From: an uncultured Holophagales bacterium | Lineage (GTDB): Bacteria; Acidobacteriota; Thermoanaerobaculia; Multivoradales; UBA5704 | NCBI GenBank assembly: GCA_963844885.1 | Contig: CAWJQA010000008.1 | Span: forward strand, 250,039 to 314,038 | DNA: 64,000 bases | Direction of reading: 5' to 3' | In this document: positions 1-7,963 of the stretch, in pieces | Position numbering within the stretch: the stretch's first letter is position 1 | How the letters are laid out: every line of letters starts with the position of its first letter | The notes under the pieces: generated by a model | The model's database searches: none | Told to the model about the DNA's origin: nothing | The model's input: only the letters and a program-made list of their open reading frames with translations | Program-made: the position numbers and the translations under genes

Positions 1-91
1 CAGCGGGGATTTCATACGCGTCGGCCCCGAAGGCCGATCGGGCGCGGCTCTCATATCAAGCCAGCTCTGCCGCCACTGGGACGTTCGCTTC

Positions 92-388
92 GTGCAGGAT
101 ATACCAGCAGGCTCGAACACCAGCTTCCTCTTCTACCTGCAAGACGGCGGAGCCCCCACAGGCACTGCCTATAATGAAAGTGGGCAATTCTCGAGCGACG
201 TCAGCATCCCGGGCCCCACCTTCCCAAGCTTCCTGGTCCCCGCCTCCAGCCTCGGCCTCAACGGCAGCGGCTCGGTCGAGTGGGATCTCGGCGACAACGC
301 CACCGGCTATGTCGCGATGCTTTTCACCAGCAAGGGTCCTGGAGGGAACGATTCCGTGCTCATCCCGGGCGCCTGTCGGCGCCCTTGA
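92..388 (+). CDS. hypothetical protein, possibly the 3' end of a gene entering from the left edge
   Basis: The frame is open from nt 2 to the stop at 386-388. The composition looks like real protein (NTSFLFYLQDGGAPTGTAYNESGQF...VEWDLGDNATGYVAMLF). No family recognised. Confidence 0.3.
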   Translation: MQDIPAGSNTSFLFYLQDGGAPTGTAYNESGQFSSDVSIPGPTFPSFLVPASSLGLNGSGSVEWDLGDNATGYVAMLFTSKGPGGNDSVLIPGACRRP

Positions 389-552
389 GTCAACCGCCTG
401 AGTCGTCGCAGACCGGAGACCTCTTGATGCGACTTGTAGCGGAGAAGGACGTCTCGCGCGGCGCCGTCGCGAAGCGTGGTGTCCTCTCGGGGAGGCCGGA
501 ATCCTCCCAAGGTGTCCTTGACAAAAGGACACCTTACCGGCAAGGTACGGCC

Positions 553-950
553 ATGCCTCTCCATCCGGTGCTGCTCAAGAAGCTCAACGCCGCGGCCGGC
601 TTGGCGTCTCCCCTTCCTCTCACCCGGCGTGACGCCAGCCTTCCGGCGATGCCGGGGAAGGTACATGCGGTCATCGGCATGCGCCGGGCGGGCAAGACCA
701 CCTTCCTGCGCCAGTGGATTTCCATGTCCGCTATCTCGCCGGCGCCGAAGAGCTGGTGCAAGTCTGCGCCGATCCTTCGGCCCCCGCGACGATGGACCGC
801 GAGCTGCGCGCGCTCACCCAGGCCGCACCTGCCGGTCCGCGCACGGTCCGGCGCCTGCTCGTGCTGACCCGCGATCAGGCGATCCCCATCGAGGCGTCCG
901 GGATCCGCGTACAGCCTGCCTACGAGTGGCTGCTGGACGAACCGACTTGA
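553..950 (+). pseudogene. AAA+ ATPase (DUF4143-type) remnant with a large internal deletion
   Basis: From ATG 553 there are about 55 aa including a Walker A motif (GMRRAGKTTFLRQW). After a frame change near 715 these run directly into the C-terminal ~75 aa typical of this family (VDFHVRYL...IRVQPAYEWLL, stop 948-950). The several hundred residues normally between them are absent. Confidence 0.6.
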
Positions 951-1087
951 TCGGCCGGGGCGGCCGGCGAAAAGCCGTGAAAAAGGCGGGCAACGGGGAG
1001 GCGAGACTTTCTGGGAGACATGGTATAAATACCGCCCATGAACCAAGCAAGTCGCGCCTCTTCGCGGCCAGGGGACGTATCTCCGCG

Positions 1088-2178
1088 ATGACATCGATCC
1101 AACAGTTGCAGGAGTGGCTGAGCGCCAAGGAAGACGAGCACCTCGAATTCAAGGAAGCCAAGAACAACTTCCACTTCGAAAAGCTGGTCAAGTACTGTGC
1201 CGCGCTGGCTCTTCGAATACCGGTCCACGGAAGCGTCAGGCCCCGCCAATCAGCGCGAGGAGTATCGCCAGGGGTTCCTGCTGTTCTACGACAAGCTTTG
1301 GGACACGGTCAACCTGAGAAACGACAAGCAGTACTATCAAGACCGCTTTGTCATGCACGAGGTCCCAACCTTGCGCGAAGGCTCGGTTCGAGAAGCGATT
1401 CTCAACGCGGTCAGTCACCGTGACTATCGCCACCCCGGCTCCATCTTCATCCGCCAGTACCCCAAGCGAATCGAAATCGTCAGCCCCGGCGGCTTCCCGC
1501 GCGGCATCAGCCCCGAAAACATTCTGGACAAACAAGCGCCACGCAACCGCCGGATTGCCGAATCCCTCTTGCGTTGTGGGCTTGTCGAGCGCTCCGGGCA
1601 AGGCGCCAACCGGATGCTGGCCGAGTGTGTGCGCGACAGCAAGCCACTGCCGGACTACTCCCACTCTGACGGGCACGAGGTGTTCCTGCGCCTGCACGGA
1701 GAGATGCAGGATGCCGCGTTCGTGAAGTTTCTGGCAAACCTGCCGCCTGCCCGATCCATTGCGTTCTCGTCGCATCACTTTCTCGTGCTCGACCATATAC
1801 GCCGGGGACAACCTGTCCCTCGCTGGTGCCGCGACGGAGTTGGATTCTCTGCGCTCGCTGGATCTTGTCCACTTCGAGGGTCGCGGGCGGGGAACCCGCT
1901 ACTTCCTGAACGAGAGCGTTTACGAGGGCACCGACCGGGAAGACGGCATCGCCCGCCAGCCGGCCCCTGACCGGGAAGCGAATCGAGCCCTGCTGCTCAA
2001 GCACCTTGAAGACCACCAGCAGAACGGCAGCACGCTGGCTGATCTGCACCAGATCCTCTCGTTCCTGTCACGCGGTCAGCTACAGAAGTTGCTCAAGGAT
2101 CTCAAAGCCGAAAACAAGATCCGCAGCGTCGGCCGTACCAAGGGCGGCCGTTGGTACCCGGCGGAGGCGGCTGAATGA
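1088..2178 (+). pseudogene. AlbA_2 / HATPase_c_4 (RecG-like putative DNA-binding protein) gene, frameshifted and internally deleted
   Basis: The N-terminus MTSIQQLQEWLSAKEDEHLEFKEAKNNFHFEKLVKYCAALA begins at ATG 1088. It continues in a second frame from ~1200 (EYRQGF...AILNAVSHRDYRHPGSIFIRQYPKRIEIVSPGGFP...RNRRIAESLLRCGLVERSGQGANRM). It continues in a third frame from ~1800 to stop 2178. Most of the AlbA_2 domain is missing. Confidence 0.65.
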
Positions 2179-2200
2179 CCGGCGGCGGCGAGCGCCAAAA

Positions 2201-2258
2201 CGCAATCCGGCGCAATTCCGACGCAATCCGGGCGCAATCCGGATCGCCAGGCGCAATC
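2201..2258. repeat. five direct CGCAAT(C/T)C repeats at about one helical turn spacing
   Basis: CGCAAT starts at 2201, 2211, 2222, 2233 and 2252, with a sixth at 2322. The array lies in the gap between the AlbA_2 pseudogene stop and the convergent CHAT gene. Confidence 0.5.
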
Positions 2259-2531
2259 ATAAAGCTATTGTTTTCATGGGCTTGGTAGATTCGTCAGCGC
2301 GGTTTCGAGCCCGGATAAAAACGCAATTGGGAAGGGATGCCGCCGCCACCGACCGCCGGTGGGTTGAGCGGCTTGACCTCGCCGCCGCCTTCGGAGTCGC
2401 GGCGTCGGCTCCGGCTCGGCGCGGCTTCGGGGGGTCGCGGGCTCCAACCCGGCGCGTCCTCCGCGAAGGAACGGACCCCGGAGCCGGGGCGCCGCCCGAG
2501 AACCGGGCGGCTCCCCCCGCGGGCATGTGCC

Positions 2532-4787
2532 TCAGGGAGACCCGCCGGCAGGGATTTTGTTGAGGCCGTCGCCCTCCAGCACGAAGCCGGCCCAGTAGAA
2601 AGGCGCGCTCCAGCGCGGGTCGCGCCAGAGGGCGAGCTGGGCCTGCCGCAAGGCCTCCGCCGGCGGCAGGCCGGCGACGAGAAGCCCTTGATAGAAATTC
2701 TCCATGAGGACGGCCGTAGCCCGGTCGTCCACGCTCCAGAGGCTCATCACCACTCCCGACGCCCCCGCCGACAAAAAGGCGTGCGTCAGTCCCATCGGCG
2801 CTTCCCCCCTCAAGTCACGCCCGAGCGCCGTCTGGCAGGCGCTCAGGACGATCAGGTCGGTCGACAGGTTGAGCCCGCGGACGTCCTCGGCGGTCAGCCT
2901 CCCCTCCCGGTGCCGCCCGCGGCGGTCGAAGCGGGAGAGCAGAAGCGCCGAGCGCTCCGGGCGCTCCGCATCGAGCAGTCCGTGCGCGGCCAGGTGGGCA
3001 ACCGAGGAGCTGCCGAGCACCCCTTCCAAGACCAGGCTTCGAGCCGCCTCGAACCCGGTGGCGGAGGTGGCCTTCTCCCCGGGCAAGACGCTCCGGACGA
3101 GCCGCAGGATGTCCCGGACCTCCCTCCCGGCATCGGGGAGCCGCGGCAGCCGGCCGTCGGCATCGCCGAAACCCGGCGCCCCCTTCGGCAGCCGGTCGTC
3201 CGAGTCGCTGGAGACCGGATCGCCGATCAGTGTCAGCAGCCTCTCGGGCTTCCGGCGACCGGCGCGCCGGTCCCGCAGCCGCTTCAGCACCGAGGCCGAG
3301 GGGATACGGCTGACGGAATGCCCGGCGATCAGCGGCTCGGACCACGCCCGGCCTTCCGAAATGCCGGCGGGATCGGGCAGCGCCTCGAACGGGACGTAAT
3401 GCAGGATCTCCGGCGCGACGAGGAGCAGCCGCTTCCCCCGGATCCGGTCCGCCACGGGTCCGAGAAGCCGGACGGAGAGATCGGCGGCCATCCTCCTCGC
3501 CGCCGCGATCCCGCCCGGCCCGCGGGTGTGCTTCATCGCCTCGTAGAGCCTGCGGACGGCCGGTTCCAGGACACCGCGGCCGGGCAGCACAATGCAGCCG
3601 TGGCCGTCGCGCGCGACCCACCAGAGGACGCTCCGCTCCTCGCCCAGCGCGTACTCCAGGAGAACGGTCTCACCATCCAGCACGGCAGCCTGAATCTCTG
3701 GGAGCGAGAGCGCCCCGGCTCCCCCGAGATTGTCGGACAGGCTGCGGGCGCGCGACCGTTCGCTGACCTCCAGGGCCGCGGTGCCGTCACCGCTTTCCAT
3801 GAGGAGATCGACGAGGTATTCGTAATCCTCCTGCCGCGAGGCCTGATAGGACGCCTTGAGGAGATCGACCACGAAGCCTCCGCCGGTTCCCGGGCCGGTG
3901 TCGGAGCGGAGGGACTCCGCCACGCGCAGCGCGCGCTCGACGCGGTCGCGGGCGGCGATGCGGTTGCCGCGGCGGCGCTCGGCTCGGGCCATGCCGGAGT
4001 AGGCCGCGGCCTGCGCCTCCCGGTTGCCGGACGCGGCGGAAAGCTCCAGGGCCTTCTGGAAGGCGTCGATGGCCGGCAGGTTCTCCTTCTGAGCGAGGAG
4101 AAGCCAGCCCAGGTTGCTCCACACGGTGGCCTCTCCCGGAACGTCGCCGAGGGATTGGAAGATCCCGAGCGCCCGCCGGAACGACCGCGAGGCCTGGTCG
4201 AGCCGGCCGGCCTTCTGCCACGCCAGCCCCATGCCGTTCAAGGCCGCGGCCTCGCTCTCACCGGACTCCCTGGGTGGCGCCAGAGCGGCCCGGAACAGTT
4301 GCAGGGCGCGACGGGGGGCGCCGAGCCGGTAGTAGGTGTTGCCGAGCTGGGTGAGAACGGCGCCGCGGGCGGCGCGGTCGTCCGCGATCCGCAGAAGCGC
4401 GAGCGCCTGCGCGTAGGCTTCCAGGGCCCGGTTCAGCTCTCCCAGGGAGGTGTAGAGCGTACCCTGGTCGATGCGGACGATCGCCTGCCGGTGCAGGCTG
4501 TGGAGAGCCCCCCAGGCCTGGTAGGCGCGGCCGTAGCACTCCAGGGCCTCCCGGGCGTAGCCGCGGAGATGGTCGAGTTGGCACATCCGGTAGGCGCCGG
4601 CGATCCCCGACCCGTCCGGAGTCTGGATGTCGACGCCTTGCTGCTCGTGAGAGAGATGCAGAAGCCGGCCCTCCTTCAGGTTGAAAGCATGGACGTGGGC
4701 GGCGCGGGCGTGCGGCCAGAGCCTCAGCCCGACAAGGCAGAGCGTTGCGGCTCCCAGGAGGAGCCCGATAGGCCTCCAGCAGCGCAT
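2532..4787 (-). CDS. TPR repeat + CHAT (caspase-like protease) domain protein with N-terminal hydrophobic leader
   Basis: The ORF 2532..4862 has a probable start at ATG 4787 (MRCWRPIGLLLGAATLCLVGL). The central region is TPR-like. The C-terminal CHAT domain keeps His (VAHLAAHG) and Cys (LIVLSACQTALG) and ends APFYWAGFVLEG. Confidence 0.85.
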   Translation of the reverse strand: MRCWRPIGLLLGAATLCLVGLRLWPHARAAHVHAFNLKEGRLLHLSHEQQGVDIQTPDGSGIAGAYRMCQLDHLRGYAREALECYGRAYQAWGALHSLHRQAIVRIDQGTLYTSLGELNRALEAYAQALALLRIADDRAARGAVLTQLGNTYYRLGAPRRALQLFRAALAPPRESGESEAAALNGMGLAWQKAGRLDQASRSFRRALGIFQSLGDVPGEATVWSNLGWLLLAQKENLPAIDAFQKALELSAASGNREAQAAAYSGMARAERRRGNRIAARDRVERALRVAESLRSDTGPGTGGGFVVDLLKASYQASRQEDYEYLVDLLMESGDGTAALEVSERSRARSLSDNLGGAGALSLPEIQAAVLDGETVLLEYALGEERSVLWWVARDGHGCIVLPGRGVLEPAVRRLYEAMKHTRGPGGIAAARRMAADLSVRLLGPVADRIRGKRLLLVAPEILHYVPFEALPDPAGISEGRAWSEPLIAGHSVSRIPSASVLKRLRDRRAGRRKPERLLTLIGDPVSSDSDDRLPKGAPGFGDADGRLPRLPDAGREVRDILRLVRSVLPGEKATSATGFEAARSLVLEGVLGSSSVAHLAAHGLLDAERPERSALLLSRFDRRGRHREGRLTAEDVRGLNLSTDLIVLSACQTALGRDLRGEAPMGLTHAFLSAGASGVVMSLWSVDDRATAVLMENFYQGLLVAGLPPAEALRQAQLALWRDPRWSAPFYWAGFVLEGDGLNKIPAGGSP

Positions 4788-4923
4788 GGTTTCATTCGCG
4801 GGACCGCGGACCAGTGGAGAAAGAGTGTAGACGCCCGATCCCCCGGTCCGAAAGCACGGCAAATGTTCATAGATACAGAAGACGAAGGATCATCTTCCCC
4901 GGCCGGACCGGCCGAGCCCGGGG

Positions 4924-5202
4924 CTACCCGAAGATCTGCCGTCGCAGCTCGCGCCAGGAGGCGGCGGTGTCCAGGCCGCCGTCTTCCGGGAGGGGTTCCA
5001 GGAAGCGCTCGAGCCCCAGCAGCAGGTCCGGACAGTCGAAGCAGACGCCGAGATGGAGGCACACCCGGGCGTCGCGGCGCGCGGAGAGGCGGTCGTCCCG
5101 GTAGGCGGTCAGCTCCTCGGGAGACGGGTGCCAGCCGGCGCCGGGACGGAGACGGGTCTCGCGATGGAAGTGGCGGAGGGCGCGGGCGAGGGTGTCCGTC
5201 AT
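4924..5202 (-). CDS. putative zinc-finger (zf-HC2 type) anti-sigma factor, soluble, 92 aa
   Basis: It lies 28 nt downstream of the ECF sigma gene on the same strand. It has an H-x3-C-x2-C motif (CLHLGVCFDC) and no transmembrane segment. Confidence 0.6.
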   Translation of the reverse strand: MTDTLARALRHFHRETRLRPGAGWHPSPEELTAYRDDRLSARRDARVCLHLGVCFDCPDLLLGLERFLEPLPEDGGLDTAASWRELRRQIFG

Positions 5203-5230
5203 GGCCGCCCCTTGCGGAGGCTGGCCCCGC

Positions 5231-5836
5231 TCAGTCCTCCGGTTCCGCCAGCTCGAGCTTCAGCCGCTTCCTGGCCTGGAACAGGTGGGCCTTCACGGTG
5301 TCGATGGAGATCTTCATCAGCACCGCGATCTCTTTGTACTTGCGCCCCTGGTCGTAGCGCAGGAGGAAGCAGGTGCGCATCTGGTCGGGCAGCGCCTGGA
5401 TGGCCTGGCTGAGGGCGATGGAGCGCTCCCGCTCCAGCACGTCGTCCAGGGCTCTGGGCTCGGAGGGCGGCGGCTCGTAACCGGCCGGCTTGCCCTCCTC
5501 GTCCTTCCCGCCGGTCTCGAGGGAGATCTCCCATCCTTTGCGCTTGCCAGCCCCCCGCCTGCGCAGCTCGTTCTGGTAGACGTGATCCGCGATCTCGAAC
5601 AGCCAGGTCTTGAAACCGGATTCGAGGCGGAACGAAGCGATACCTCTGAAGACCCTCAAAAACACGTCTTGTGTGAGGTCGCGGGCGTCCTCGGGGGAGA
5701 AGCCTCTCTGCTGGAAAAAGTTGCGCACACGGCGGTCGTGCAGCTCGAACAGCCGCCCGAAGTCGGCCTCGACACCGGTCCCGGCCTGGATCAGCTCGAC
5801 AAGGCGCCGGCTGGGATCGTCGTCGGGGAGGGACAT
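5231..5836 (-). CDS. RNA polymerase ECF-type sigma-70 factor
   Basis: Region 2 (DLTQDVFLRVFRG...WLFEIADHVYQNELRRR) and region 4 (CFLLRYDQGRKYKEIAVLMKISIDTVKAHLFQARKRLK) are recognisable. The start is ATG 5836 with AAGGGA upstream. Confidence 0.9.
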   Translation of the reverse strand: MSLPDDDPSRRLVELIQAGTGVEADFGRLFELHDRRVRNFFQQRGFSPEDARDLTQDVFLRVFRGIASFRLESGFKTWLFEIADHVYQNELRRRGAGKRKGWEISLETGGKDEEGKPAGYEPPPSEPRALDDVLERERSIALSQAIQALPDQMRTCFLLRYDQGRKYKEIAVLMKISIDTVKAHLFQARKRLKLELAEPED

Positions 5837-5924
5837 TCCCTTAGTCTATCCGACGGTCACTGGTGAGTTGGAGTAGACGATGCCATCCGGCGGGTCGGGG
5901 GACGCGTCCGGCGATCGGTTTGCC

Positions 5925-6335
5925 CTGCAACACAACGACACACAAGGATGCACAAACCATGACCCGCGAAGAGTACGAAGCCCGCAGACAGCGGGTAAAA
6001 GCACAATTGCCGACTCCGGACTCGTTCGCGGGAATCCGCGGGCCCTTCGACCCGACCTTCGGATCACGGCGGAACGCTCCGGAGACACAAAACCCGGGGG
6101 TGGGAACATTTTACCCGCGGGTTGAAGCCTTGCGGACGCATAAAAAATGAGTCAACCCGCCGGTTGACTCACTCAACCCGCGGCTGGATGCATTTTACCC
6201 GCGGGTTGACTCATTTCACCGCCGGGTTGACTCGCTCGACCCGGCTGCGGATTCATTGTGCCCGCGGGTGCTGTGAGTCGCGAGCCGGGTAAAATGCCTC
6301 AACCGCCGGGTCAGACGGGCCGGAATCACTCCGCA
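5925..6335 (+). repeat. dispersed element copy A: small ORF followed by a 21-bp-phased ACCCGCGGGT palindrome array
   Basis: By eye it is about 80 percent identical to 33385-33915. Core motif starts fall at 6092, 6113, 6155, 6176, 6197, 6218, 6239, 6260 and 6302, all multiples of 21 apart. A near-perfect 24-bp palindrome TGAGTCAACCCGCCGGTTGACTCA lies at 6148-6171. Confidence 0.8.
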
Positions 6336-6398
6336 TCACCTCCACTCTCGGGTCGAAACGCGTAACCCGCGCCGTGAGGCGGTCGCGGGGTCGGTAGG

Positions 6399-7448
6399 TC
6401 AAGCGTCTCCCAGCAGCTCCCGTGCAAGAGCGTCGATCCGCTCCCGGAAATCCGTCTCCAGGACGGCCTTCTCCGCTTCCGGCAGGAAGGACTGGCGCAG
6501 GGCGGCCAGCGAAAAACCGGCCAGCTCGGCGGGGGTGTAGCCGAACGTCTCGTGCAGGCGGAGGTACTCGCGGCTCAGATCGGTGTCAAAGAAGGCGGGG
6601 TCGTCCGAGTTGACCGAGACCGGGACGCCGGCCCGGTAGAGGCGGTCGAAGGAGTGGCTCGCCAGGTCCGGGAAGACTCCCAGACAGACGTTGGAGCTCG
6701 GGCAGACCTCCAGCGGGATGCGCCGGTCGCGCAGCTCCGCGACGAGCGACCGGTCGTCCACCGCCCGCACTCCGTGGCCGATGCGCTCGGCGTCGCAGAC
6801 GTCCAAGGCGGCGCGGATGGCTTCCGGACCGGCGTGCTCCCCGGCGTGCGCCACCCGGTGGAGACCCTCCCGCTTCGCCACCGCGAAGTGCTCCCGGTAG
6901 GGATCGTTCGCGAAACGCGCCTCGCTGCCGGAGAGGCCGAGCGCCACCACGCCACCATCACCGGAACGACTGCGCGCGGCCAAGGCCCACTCCAGGGTGC
7001 GGTCCGCCGCTTCGACGCCCACGTTGCGGACGATGTCCGGGATGAGCCGCAGCCTCGATCCGTAGCGCCGCTCCCCCTCCCTCATCGCCTCTTCGAGGGC
7101 GGCCAGGATCTCCTCCCCGTTCCCGCCGTTCGCCAGGTGGGTCGAGATGGTGAAGTGGGCCTCGGTGTAGACCACGGCCTGGGCGGACTGCATCTCCAGG
7201 AAGTCCAACGCCAGGAGCTGGAAATCCTCCGGCTCGCGCAGGGCGCGCGAGCAGGTGAGGTAGACCTGGACGAAGTGCTCGAAGTCGCGGAAGCGGAACC
7301 AGCGCCGGAGGCCTTCTTCGTCACCGGCCGGCAGCTCCACGCCGTTGCGCCGCGCCAGCTCCAGGAGCACGCCGGGACGCATGGAGCCTTCCAGGTGGAC
7401 GTGCAGCTCCACCTTGGGCATCCGCCGGAGAAAGAGCTCGAGACTCAC
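6399..7448 (-). CDS. add: adenosine deaminase
   Basis: Motifs MPKVELHVHLEGS and SVNSDDPAFF are present. I prefer the GTG start at 7448, which gives a GTGA overlap with the coaD stop and matches the 4-nt overlaps along this operon. ATG 7421 is the alternative. The upstream part of ORF 6399..7769 is Arg/Pro junk that overlaps coaD. Confidence 0.85.
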   Translation of the reverse strand: MSLELFLRRMPKVELHVHLEGSMRPGVLLELARRNGVELPAGDEEGLRRWFRFRDFEHFVQVYLTCSRALREPEDFQLLALDFLEMQSAQAVVYTEAHFTISTHLANGGNGEEILAALEEAMREGERRYGSRLRLIPDIVRNVGVEAADRTLEWALAARSRSGDGGVVALGLSGSEARFANDPYREHFAVAKREGLHRVAHAGEHAGPEAIRAALDVCDAERIGHGVRAVDDRSLVAELRDRRIPLEVCPSSNVCLGVFPDLASHSFDRLYRAGVPVSVNSDDPAFFDTDLSREYLRLHETFGYTPAELAGFSLAALRQSFLPEAEKAVLETDFRERIDALARELLGDA

Positions 7449-7963
7449 CGCCCCGCGACCACCGCGTCGGTCGGATCGGTCGGACGGAGGCGGACGCGGA
7501 GGCGCTCCAAGACCGGCTCGGGCACCAGGCCGGTGAGGTCGCCGCCCAGGGAGTAGACCTCTTTGACCAGGCGGCTCGACAGGTAGCTGTAGTCCTCCTT
7601 GGGCATCATGAAGACGGTCTCGACGCGCGGGTTCAGGCGGCGGTTCATGAGCGCCATCTGGAACTCGTACTCGAAGTCCGAGACGGCCCGCAGCCCCCGC
7701 ACCACGGCGCGGGCACCGATCGACTCCATGAAATCGACGAGCAGGCCGGAGAAGCTCAACACCCGGCAATCCTGCCGACCGTCGGTGAGCGAGCGGATGA
7801 TCTCGATCCGCTCGTCGACGGTGAACAGCGGTTTCTTCTGGTCGTTGAACAGCACCGCCACGACCACTTCATCGAACAGCGGGCGGCAACGCTCGATGAT
7901 GTCGAGGTGGCCGTTGTGGAGCGGGTCGAACGATCCGGGATAGACGGCGATCCGTTTGGTCAT
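7445..7963 (-). CDS. coaD: phosphopantetheine adenylyltransferase
   Basis: MTKRIAVYPGSFDPLHNGHLDIIERC... is the canonical CoaD N-terminus, and the length (172 aa) fits. Confidence 0.95.
   Translation of the reverse strand: MTKRIAVYPGSFDPLHNGHLDIIERCRPLFDEVVVAVLFNDQKKPLFTVDERIEIIRSLTDGRQDCRVLSFSGLLVDFMESIGARAVVRGLRAVSDFEYEFQMALMNRRLNPRVETVFMMPKEDYSYLSSRLVKEVYSLGGDLTGLVPEPVLERLRVRLRPTDPTDAVVAGR

Noticed and set aside
2281-2316. tRNA-like 3' fragment (GGTAGA...GCGGTTTCGAGCCCGG) as a possible integration scar
   Set aside because: The putative T-stem halves are not complementary, and no acceptor stem or CCA context is present. The resemblance is too weak.
2337-5357. 1006-aa plus-strand ORF covering the CHAT/anti-sigma/sigma region
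   Set aside because: It is antisense to three genes with clear domain signatures. Its translation is Arg/Pro/Gly/Ala low-complexity junk, as expected for open frames in very GC-rich DNA.
7422-7769. N-terminal extension of the adenosine deaminase ORF (456-aa version)
   Set aside because: The extension overlaps coaD in another frame and is Arg/Pro/Gly junk. Homology to adenosine deaminases begins at about LFLRRMPKVELHVHLEG.
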